From contig NC_082731.1 in the NCBI RefSeq assembly GCF_030144855.1, forward strand, positions 21,638,001-21,702,000: a stretch of DNA of 64,000 nt. Reading direction: 5' to 3'. This document shows positions 54,300-64,000 of this stretch, in pieces. The notes beneath the pieces are model-generated. The model did not search any database. It had not been told where the DNA came from and worked only from the letters and a program-made list of their open reading frames with translations. The position numbers and the translations under genes were made by a program. Position 1 is the first letter of the stretch; each line of letters opens with the position of its first letter. The stretch comes from Hypanus sabinus (taxonomy: Eukaryota).

Positions 54300-54960
54300 C
54301 CTGCACTTTTAAATGTTCATACTTAAGTTAATATTCTAAATTTCAATATTTAAATCAGCGACATGTGGATGACTTACGGTGTAGAGGTGCGGGTAAATAG
54401 ATATAAAACAAATACAAACTCGATTGCTCTTCACCAAAATAAAGCCATACGATTTGTGTATATGGTTAGTTTTTATGAGCAAACCAATCCACTATTTATT
54501 CAAATATATACTTTAAAATTCAGAGATTTGGATGATTTTAAAATAATACTATCTATGTATAAAGCAAAAAATAAAGGACAGTTACCACAAAGTATCCAAA
54601 GATTTTTCAAGAAGAGAAAAAATCAACCTGATTTGAGAGGAACATATATATTTCAGAAATAAAGGATAAGAACAATTGTGAAAATAAAGTACTGTATTTC
54701 AGTCAGTGTGGTGCATCAACGCAACATTTGTAGTCAGAACTGAAAATCATGCACCACACTTAACAAGTTTGAAAGAAATATTTTTAAAAAATGAACAACT
54801 ACAAAATACATGATTTAAAAAAATGGGCGTAATATAATTAAATGATACTAGGAATTGGATATTGTATTAAAATATTATGATTTTTTTTGTTTTGGTGTGA
54901 TGATTGACGACAAATATATATTTTGTATCAGTAAGGGGGTAGGCGTAATAAGCTGCAGCT
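54300..54960 (+). mobile_element. L2/Crack-like LINE 3' fragment in the JH-Cmu1 intron
   Basis: ORF 54363-54662 (..LHQNKAIRFV...YEQTNPLFIQ..LKFRDL..) resembles the C-terminus of L2-type ORF2. Confidence 0.5.
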
Positions 54961-56787
54961 TCAGCCTGCATCAATTCTATCTGCTTCAAACATTATTATT
55001 ATTTAATAATATTTTATGAAATCATCATTATGAAATCGTCGTTGAAAAGGAATTGTTTTAATGTATTCACTGACCAATTAACACATTAATTTTGCTATTG
55101 CGGCAATCTAATGTTACAATGTATAAAGTAGAAATATTTCCTTCTTCTCTAATCGAAAGAACAAAACCAGCAATATAATCCACGATATTGCTCGCATTTA
55201 TTAAATAATGCAACTCCTGCGCAGAACTTAAAATAAAACCCTTCGAAACAATTTCAGTGCAATGACCTAGAGAGGTTTATTTATTCATATCACTGATTTG
55301 TCTGCAGTTTATAAATGATTATATTAGCCCACAATATCACAATAAGAATTTGAAATCATGGACTTCAACAATTCATGAATTTTAGTTAAATAAACTGATA
55401 ATGGTGCATTAGCACTCCTACGATACTGGTTAAAATATCCACCATAGGATTTGAAATTATTAGTAAAGAGATTCCTAGTATGTGATTGATGAAAATCCTT
55501 TTCCTTTCCTATTTGACTCACTTAATATATGCTGGTGTTTGGATCAATGGGTGGCAATAAGTTTCAGCCGTACAAATTATACTTTTACAAACCGTAGCTG
55601 TTATTTAACTACAATTTGCCGTAATTACTTTTTCTATAAGTACAAGAAATAGATCAATGCAAATTAACTAACGAAAACAAAAAAAAAAGACATAGATATG
55701 TTTCGCCTTCATCAATAAGATCACATGAAAATAAATTGTATCAGACTTTTCAGATCATTTGGGCCATAGCTTCTGCATTGCCTAAAGACTGCTGTCTTTT
55801 AAGCCCATTTTTCTACTTCCTCATCATCTCCCGTTACACTACACTCCCGGCGGTGTTCACAACCCTATATAACTAATTTCGCAAATTCAATTTTTCATAT
55901 CGAAAGAAACTCTTTCTAATCCGTGATTCTGTGGTCTATTGTCTAACTTCAAATCTAATGACGCGACTTTAAACTATCGGATCCGAGACATTCCTGAATG
56001 TGGAAAAAGTGGTCTGCACATCGATTTTATGCAGGCCTTCGCGACAAAAAAAAAGATGTCTAACCGCTTAAAAGCCTCAAGTCAGTGAGAAGAAAGTGAA
56101 CACGCATTCCCTGAGATAATGCTAAATATCCGACAATACGAATTATTATTCCGAGGATCTCTTCATAAATGTCAAGATTTTGTTCTACTTCTAGTTGCAA
56201 CACCACGATATGGATTTAGTTGGATACATACAGTATCGAGTCTGTGATTCTTGAATTACTGCAGATCTGCAGAGCTGCAGAACTTCCTCTCTGAAAGCCA
56301 TATTGGGAGCTGGTTCACTAGTCGATAATCCAATTCTACTAATGAATGCATATATTCACAAAGGTCGTTGTATTACACTTTCATTCGTGTTTTGTTTTTT
56401 TTTCTCCGTAGATAGAAGCAATAGATTGAAATGGAAAATCTTATATTGCACAGGATAGACGGATATAACTCTATAACTGAGTTTTATCGAAGCTGCAATT
56501 CCAAACAATTTAAGAGCATCGGTGTGTTGTAAAGGAGACAGGTCATTATCGAATTGAGCAAATGAATACTAAATCAGTAATACTTTTTGTATCAACGTGT
56601 CTAAAATAAGCTGAATTCCATAATCTCCTTGCAGCAAAATCAAAACTTATTTATCAAACTGATATTCAGTAAGCGTTCAATTAATGCCAAGAATAATCAG
56701 GGGAAAGCATAATCAAAATCTGAAACTAAATATGGAATTAAAATTCAATAAAACATTTATTTTGAAAAAAATATTTTTGCTACTTAC

Positions 56788-56835
56788 CGGCTGTCACCGT
56801 CAACATGGTGCCTCCTCCCCAGTAATCCATATTAT
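56788..56835 (-). CDS. IGHJ: JH segment (NMDYWGGGTMLTVTA)
   Basis: W-G-x-G motif, donor G|GTAAGT, preceded by heptamer CACTGTG. Confidence 0.96.
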
Positions 56836-56874
56836 CACAGTGATATATTGCCTGGGTTGCTTCACCCAATTACC
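56836..56874 (+). other. JH 23-RSS
   Basis: CACAGTG (56836-56842) + 23 nt + CCAATTACC (56866-56874, degenerate nonamer). Confidence 0.85.
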
Positions 56875-57196
56875 GCCTCTGCAAATGGTATGCAAAATTT
56901 CGACAATTGCGTATATATTCATTATTCCACAAAATAAGCTAACACTGATTATTAGAAAGCATGAGTGCGTTAAAGGATGCGTTATTTTCCAATATAAGAT
57001 AACATAATACTGTACGCAGGCATGCTGCCAAAATATCATGAGACTTCTTCACAGATAAATGTCGAATATATCTAAGCTGGTTCATTCCGACTAATTAGTG
57101 ATCTGTGCCAAAGTAGAAAGTGTGCATCAAGAATGATATCGAAACATCGAACGAACGAAAAAAAAAACAACTAAAGTGCATAATTAGAGATCAGAA

Positions 57197-57264
57197 TGTT
57201 TTTGTATTGCAGGCACACACTGTGCGATCCAGTATGCACAGTGAGACAAGCCCTGACAAATAAT
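57197..57264 (-). other. IGHD: D2 segment CATACTGGATCG (57225-57236) with 12/12 RSS
   Basis: On the plus strand: TGTTTTTGT-12-CACTGTG | cgatccagtatg | CACAGTG-12-ACAAATAAT. Confidence 0.92.
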
Positions 57265-57455
57265 CAGCAGCTTATTCACTAATGTTGTCCTTTCCCATCC
57301 CATTCGCTTTCATGCAACATCACTATATTTTTCTTTTATTTTTTGTTGTTTTTATACCGATATTTAGCAATGCCCACAAGGATTTATTTCAATGTCTGTT
57401 CAGCATCCTCTCTTGCTGTGCTGGTATGATCAAGAATCAGTAGACTAGCTGCCCA

Positions 57456-57536
57456 GGTTTCTGTGCGGGAAATTGCGCTGTATACAGCGCAGTGTGCCAC
57501 TGTATGCACACAGTGAGACAGACCGAACGAAAAACC
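57456..57536 (-). other. IGHD: D1 segment TGCATACAGTGGCA (57495-57508) with 12-RSS 5' and 23-RSS 3'
   Basis: On the minus strand: GGTTTTTCG-12-CACTGTG | D1 | CACTGCG-23-ACAGAAACC. Confidence 0.88.
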
Positions 57537-57884
57537 TGCAGACACTAACACCCACAATATCTGCTTGAAATAGGCTTTAAATCTGTTTTAATGTATCCAA
57601 CAGTTCACAAAGAGGGCGGAATTGTAATGAAATCAATTGTTTTTTCTCTACCTGTACCGTTCACATTGAACCAAACAAAATGTTCCACTCCACAATTATG
57701 AACAGCTGATGTCATAGTGGAGAAACAGGAATAAAATGCCACATCAGTGCATTTGATGTTACGTGTGATACTTCGAAAAAGATCATGGAAGAACAGTTGC
57801 GCTCTTCTGATGTCCTGTCATTGTTGCAAATAAAATATTTACTCACTGTTAGGTTATGATGGAAAATATGGAGTTTCAACCCAC

Positions 57885-57923
57885 CGTTATTGTAGAGCCT
57901 AGACTCTTGTTCCCCGCACTGTG
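57885..57923 (-). other. VH 23-RSS
   Basis: CACAGTG + cggggaacaagagtctaggctct (23 nt) + ACAATAACG directly after YYCAR-GA. Confidence 0.93.
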
Positions 57924-58227
57924 TCTCTCGCACAGTAATAGACAGCGGTATCGTCCGTTTGCAGCCGGCTCACTTCAACACTAAACATATTGTTTGTGCC
58001 GTCTTTGGACGGAATGAATCTGTTCTGGATGCCCGGGGCGAAATACTTGCTTGAAGGACTGTAGTATGCAAGGAGCCATTGCAGCCCTTTTCCAGGGACC
58101 TGACGGACCAAGTGCATCCAATAGCTATTGAGATTAAACCCGCTGGTTTTACATGTGAGTGTCACGGATGCTCCGGGTCTGACTGTCTCCGCTGGGGGCT
58201 GAATCAACACGATATCGGAATGGACCC
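57924..58227 (-). CDS. IGHV: VH exon (germline, unrearranged)
   Basis: ttacag|(R)VHS-DIVLIQPPAETVRPGASVTLTCKTSGFNLNSYWMHLVRQVPGKGLQWLLAYYSPSSKYFAPGIQNRFIPSKDGTNNMFSVEVSRLQTDDTAVYYCAR; both Cys present; typical chondrichthyan mu VH. Confidence 0.97.
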
Positions 58228-58377
58228 CTGTAAGTTAAATACAAAGAAAGAAACGTGACGATTAATATTGAGACAGTGACTCTAGTCTTTGAAATTTATA
58301 AGGTAAAACGCTCGAGATTGAACGCAATCGAAGATTGACTGAATCTAAGAGAAATTTTTCCAACCCAAATTACGCAC

Positions 58378-58423
58378 GGGTTAATAAAGCCATAAACACG
58401 CCGAATGAAGCCAGCGATTTCAT
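58378..58423 (-). CDS. IGHV: VH leader exon (46 nt; MKSLASFGVFMALLT-R)
   Basis: ATG at 58423, hydrophobic signal peptide, phase-1 donor C|GTGCGT, 150-bp intron to the V exon. Confidence 0.92.
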
Positions 58424-58510
58424 CCTGCTGACGAATTCAACCGGAGCGACTCTACACAGTAGTTGATGGCATCCGACTGCGGGGACTTTGAACTATGCAG
58501 CGACGGCTGA

Positions 58511-58596
58511 TATTTAAGCAACCAAATACATGGGCGCGATGGTGGGCGGAGCCTATAGGATCAGAGTTATATTTGGTTAAGCGATGTTACATCACC
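58511..58596 (-). promoter_or_regulatory. VH promoter: TATA-like TTAAATA, GC box, CRE/decamer-like GGTGATGTAA
   Basis: TTAAATA at 58511-58517 (~90 nt upstream of ATG), GGGCGG at 58544-58549, GGTGATGTAA at 58587-58596; no proximal octamer. Confidence 0.6.
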
Positions 58597-59291
58597 CACA
58601 AAACAAACAGCTTGTGTCATAACTTCAAGGCTGGTAGCAAGTAGAATAAACGCAATGACTTCATTTAGCATAGAACCGGCTCCGGCCACCCGATTCACGA
58701 CTATATTGATTAACATATTGATGCAAGTATCAACGTTCCAGATAATTAAGAGAATATCGTTTTTAACTAAGATCAATCCCGTGAGACTTTCAAGTTCAGA
58801 ACATTTCTCAGTAAGTTCCATCTATTGATGCTGAAAGTCATCTTGAGTAAAATAAAATGAATGCCCGTAGTATGTGATCGAGGGATGGCAAATTTATTGA
58901 TTACGTTTACCAGGCGTGGAAAATGAAATAAATTAAAACTCATTACAACAGTTATTCTTTGTTGTTATTTTCCTTTATTCATCTATTTGTTAACAAAGTG
59001 GCTCAAATCTGCAAAAACTTCATACCCGTCTGTGTGGCAGTTTAGATTTACTTAAAGTTACATTAAATTAGGTAACATATAGATCATGTCTATAGTGCTT
59101 TCTTTAAACAGAAATGCATTTGCAAATGTATATATTGATTCATACCTCCTACAGACCTTAACCCGTTTAGCGCAAATGTATGGAAGTATCTCGATTCGAA
59201 ATTCAACCGCTACGGGATATTAATGAGTGGACGAGGAAAAAAAAAAATATATATATATATACATAGATCGATCGGGATCTACTGATAGTTA

Positions 59292-59310
59292 GATATATAT
59301 ATATATACAT

Positions 59311-59353
<43 letters not shown>
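59292..59353. repeat. (TA)n/(GATA)n microsatellite
   Basis: Direct reading. Confidence 0.95.
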
Positions 59354-59354
<1 letters not shown>

Positions 59355-61027
59355 AGCCAGTCAGAAAGACGTACAATTATTTATGTGGTTATGCAGCTAT
59401 TTATGACAATCTTGCTACAAAGATGAATACTGAAACGTTGGGTACACAGAATTATTAATCCGTCATTCTCTTGTCTTTCTGTACATACATATGTTGTGAC
59501 TTTATTAAATTTTATTCCTTTCAATAAAACTTGGTCCTTTCAACGTCCGCTAGGTCTAAAGCATATAGTGGTTCAGCGATAAATGTCGACAAATTCAAGC
59601 GTATAAGGAAAAAAATAATAATAAACATGTTCTCTGCTTTCAATGTACAGTGTATTGAAGAAAGTTCATTCGATAGCACTGTCCTGTTTTCTCTAAATCA
59701 GACCATTCGAATTAATCGAGGACAGTGGAAGCAAAGAGACTAATGTTCTTTGTTTTACCTGCGTGCTATGTGATGAAGTCAGCCACTTTGTGAAAACATT
59801 CCATTTTCTGTTTTCCATTGTTATCAGGTTGAAGTGCTTCACTTGGTTAATACGTTGAAGATGTCATAATGATTTTCCTGATAAATTGCTGGACTAGATA
59901 TCATTTCCAAATATATATATATATATATTTGTATGATGTTCTTCTGCTGCATAATACATGCAAATGTGAATGTTAGGTTGGATGCATGCTTGCAGTTATT
60001 AGATCAGGCTGCTGATTGAGAATAAATAGACATAAATCATCGACGGTTTCTGATGGCAAGAGAGCAACAAATTGGATGCTGGATTGGAGCAGAGCAATAA
60101 CAATGAATTAACTGACAGGCACATAAACTATAGACAATCACATTACAATGCAATATTTGATTTGATAAAGAATCGATATGCATGTGGATGCATCGTGTAT
60201 AATGTAAAAGGTAAATTCGAAGAATTACCAGCGCAGATGGAAGTGTAAGCACCTCTGCCTGGAAGACAAGGCGAGTAAGTTCGGACTAGGAGGAACGCCA
60301 GGCCAGTGAAGAAACTTCTGCCCACGCTATTCCTTTGGTTTTCACTGTGTATTCCGCAGAATCAAGGGTATTTAGTGGTTGCGAACATAAGATATTTATT
60401 GTATTAATTCACGTACTCCTTACTTTAAGCAATAAATGTCCTTGTCGGTGAATACGGATCTGTCTGTGCCTCATTGACCATCGCTATAAGGACTGACGCA
60501 AACAACAGTATCGTATCACTGCTACCATAGAAATATTCAATGCAATATAGTGTGTAGGCTCAAACGAAAATATTGAGCAACAAGAGTAACTTTAGAATAA
60601 CATAATAGACTGGAATAAAAATAATAAGAGTGTGTCTGACTGTTCAATGGAAGATGCCGTTCATGACATTTGTACTTCGATATTTTTGGAATACATGGAA
60701 TTTAAAATATTTCCAAAATAATGTTAGAAGTAGTGGAGCAAGATGTATTGAGTCTAATGTGCGACCATCTTTTATTACTTTTTTCTTCTTGGGCAGAAAA
60801 GTGTATTAAAAATATGAACGACCTCTGAAGCAAGTTGACGAATTATTATGCATTTTTCTGAAGTTATTTCTGTTAAATTCGATTGGGGAAATATCACTTA
60901 AATATCTGTCCTTCGCCCTTCGGCTATTGTACTTGGATCTGTTGCTGGTTTTGGTGCTTATCAATAATGAGCTCTTCCTGTTTTTTCCTCTGTGTTAATT
61001 AGAGTGTGAACGAGAGAAACAGAGAGC

Positions 61028-61032
<5 letters not shown>

Positions 61033-61102
<70 letters not shown>
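61033..61102. repeat. (GA)n microsatellite
   Basis: Direct reading. Confidence 0.97.
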
Positions 61103-61106
<4 letters not shown>

Positions 61107-62348
61107 GAATGGAGGGATGGGATATTGATTGAGTTAATGAATCAAACAGTTAGTTTCAACGTGGGCATTAGTTATTTTAGACGCATAGTCGAATATGTGT
61201 GGAAGTTTATGCGTCTTGTGTATATTTATTTTTGTTCAAAAGACATTCTTTGATTTAATTCTTTTTAGTGTACATGTTTTATTGCAATTCATTTTCCGAT
61301 TAGTACGTTATTCAAATCGATGAGTTAACTCCCTTTGTACGAAAACGTGTGCCGATTTGAAGGAAGGATTCTCATCTGCAAATATGGACTTGACTGAAGG
61401 ACCAACTCTGATAAGTAGAATAAAAAAAATTATATATTATATATCTGTGGGTCGGAGACCGCTTCTACAACAGTCTTACAAAATACTTCAGAAAATAACT
61501 GAGTTATTGATCTAACCTGCCGGCGCTTCGAAAGCAACTCGCATCATTATCTATAAACAGCATTAAAAATATTAGACACACGCATCTCCCGAAGCAGACT
61601 AACTTTAAAATTAACTGTATACCCTTCCGTACACATTATGCAAAAACAAACAAAAAAGTAAAACTTCCTCTATCCTTTACGGCCTTCAATAATATTATAT
61701 CTTCTATCGGGAGTCACCTGGAACAGCATAGTTTCGGTGCAAACAATTTACTACAAAGCTCGTTCAGGTAGATAAAACCTACATTCCAGCATGGCCCTAA
61801 TATCTTAATGTTCAATCAACACGAAGACTGAAAAACATGCTTAGACCCTTGTGAGCAGTATTAGCTCATACAACATCGAAGTAGAACGATATACCACAGC
61901 TGAGGTCATTCGGTGCACGATGGTGAGATTTTGACCTGCTCTAGGAATAATCTAACTTTCCCTCATACATAGTCCTGCATTTTTCTACCATGCATGAACC
62001 TGTCTAATAGTTTATTAAATGCCCCTGCACTCACAGTACTATCACCCCTGGAACGGCTTTCTCCCATTACCGCTCCGTGTTTACCTGTTTTTTTTTTCTT
62101 ACTGACATTTAGCGTGAAATAGTCCTTACAGCTATTCGACCAACGCCGCTCAAAAATTCCCTGTTTCACCCTAACCTATTCACAGGAAAATGTCCAGGAA
62201 GTCATTGGACTGTGCTAGGAAGTTGGACCACCTCGAAGATAGTGTGCAGTCACGCAGCGAAGATGGAAATTCCTTACAGTCATCGGCGTGTTCTGCGCTA
62301 CAGTACCGTCCCAGTACCTTGTTCATATCTCATATGATTCCTTCTAAT

Positions 62349-63154
62349 TGTTATGGTCTGCTCGGGAGCTCGCATCCCTGGTCCTGATCTGGTCCGCGGA
62401 TACCGGACTCCGGGTCTTGTAGTCAACCCTCCTGTCACCGAAAAACCAAATAGGAACATCTTGGCTTATGAAGGTGCACCTGTTGCCTGTTAGCTGGCAG
62501 GTGGATCTAGGGAGTCTGGGACCGAGCTTAGTCGGGGGTCGTCCTGCTCTGTTTTGTCCTGCTCAATGGTTGTCTTGGATGAGCTGGTTGCCATTTTCCG
62601 ATGTGTTTCGTCCGATCTGCTCTTTTCGTTCCGGTCGTCCCGGCTTGGAGGGCCCACGGCTTCATTCTCAAGTTCTGTGATTCAGCCTTGGAGACACCCC
62701 AGACCAAGTTCCCTTCCGATCTCTTGCCTCCGTCGGGTATCAGGCCGGACTGACGTTGCCTGGCGGGTGACTGCCTCCCCTTCCTTCCCCTCACTTGTGA
62801 TGGGTTGTGCCCGCTAACTGCCCAGATGTCCCGCGTCTTGCCAGGGCCTCCGCGTTACCGCCTGGGAGGCGGCCCTGCCCAGGTGTCTTGCGGCCGCCCA
62901 GGGGGCTCTCCTGCCTTGCCACGGACTTCCTAACTCAGACTCGCCACGAACTCCGTGATCCAGCCTAGCCACGAACTCCGGGATCTAGCCTAGCCACGAA
63001 CTCTCGCTGGACCACAGGATAAGCTAGTACCTCGTCTCTTTCCTAGGCCCTGGTCTCCCCATCTGGTTATATCCTTGATGTATTCCTGTCTTGCCGCTAG
63101 TACTTCAGTGCCTGCGTCCTGCACTTTGGTCCAGCCTCCTTTCCCCGTGCGACA
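62349..63154 (+). mobile_element. Probable solo LTR (related to family B)
   Basis: tgttatggtc ... ccccgtgcgaca termini; flanks ctaat/caaat (imperfect 5-bp TSD); internal 25-bp tandem gccacgaactccg(t/g)gatc(c/t)agccta. Confidence 0.55.
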
Positions 63155-64000
63155 CAAATCGCCTTAAAGACACAGTATTTGCCATTTATCTGCTAGGAGA
63201 AAATGTCTCTGGCATTCTGTCGATCTGTGTCACTTATCACCTTGTACAACTTTGTCAAGTCATCTCTCATTTCCTTTTGTAGAGAAAAGCCGAAGTGCAC
63301 AAAACAGTCATCCAGAAAGATTTTCTGCAAACGAGGCATCATCCTCGTACATCTCGTCTCAAATGTCTCTCATTTTTTTCGTAATTCCTGCAATAAGTCA
63401 ATTAGAACTCAGAACAATGTTGCCCATTTTAGAGTAATGTTGCCTTAGCTCATGAACCCAAAGAAATGCACGTACATTAAATACAACGCTCCAGATGCGG
63501 ACTATGTAGTTAAATTTAAAACTGCACCATAAGCTCCAGGCTCATGTACTCAAAAGCTCGAAGAACAGCAAAAAGCATATGTTTATAATGGTAAATATAT
63601 GTCTACTTTTGACAATATATGGTGTCTGCGTGCGCGCGCGCGTGCGTGCGTGTGTGTGTGCACAAAATGACGATGGTCTTGGAATTAACAAACTCACTTC
63701 ATGCTTTCGTCAATAATTTGGTGCATGTTCAATCCTGAACTGAGATACTCCCAATGTTAATCTTAGTTCACCGACCAGGCTTACGTTTACATTCTGCATA
63801 TCTGCTCCATTTACTATTAATATTGGAAAGTACACATTTAGAAAGTAACCCCGAACATACTCCTGCAGGCACATCTTGCCTTCCTTTACCCTTATTTCGT
63901 CCATACATGTCTAAAATTAACCTCCTACACTTGATTAATATGTATAAAACCTGTGAACTTTCTCGTAATACTTGCTGGGAATTTTAATGCATCACTGCAG

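Noticed and set aside
57498-57504. TACAGTG heptamer-like sequence inside D1
   Set aside because: Lacks the essential CAC start, and its spacing to the nonamer (33 nt) fits neither 12 nor 23.
57899-58210. ORF-track protein starting at MLIQP and ending RDTVRGTRV
   Set aside because: The true start is the spliced leader at 58423, and the C-terminal residues are read-through into the RSS.

Overview
This is eukaryotic genomic DNA from a cartilaginous fish, probably a batoid (ray or skate), judging by the Ig sequences and the CR1-rich background. About two thirds of the window is decayed transposable elements. The only cellular gene I can support is a complete, unrearranged, apparently intact cluster-type immunoglobulin M heavy-chain locus on the minus strand (about 45.9-58.6 kb). 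Its order is promoter, leader exon, one VH (23-RSS), D1 (12/23-RSS), D2 (12/12-RSS), one JH (23-RSS), Cmu1-Cmu4 with secretory tailpiece, TM1 and TM2. All splice junctions are GT-AG and phase-compatible by hand translation. Oddities within it are Trp41->Leu in VH, a degenerate JH nonamer, an 18-bp palindrome overlapping the D1 3' RSS, a CSC motif at the start of Cmu3, and an octamer-less promoter with a TCR-decamer-like element. The rest of the window holds a full-length Gmr1-type Gypsy element (PR-IN-RT-RH order, GTAC target-site duplication) flanked by two inverted solo LTRs of the same family, several CR1 LINEs (two near full length), an L1-like element, a Tc1 transposon, Rex1/Babar and L2-like fragments, a second LTR-like family with a 33-bp minisatellite, and a decayed retrovirus-like pol with a possible env just 3' of the IgM gene. 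There are three assembly gaps. TE boundaries given as round numbers are approximate, and no database searches were run.
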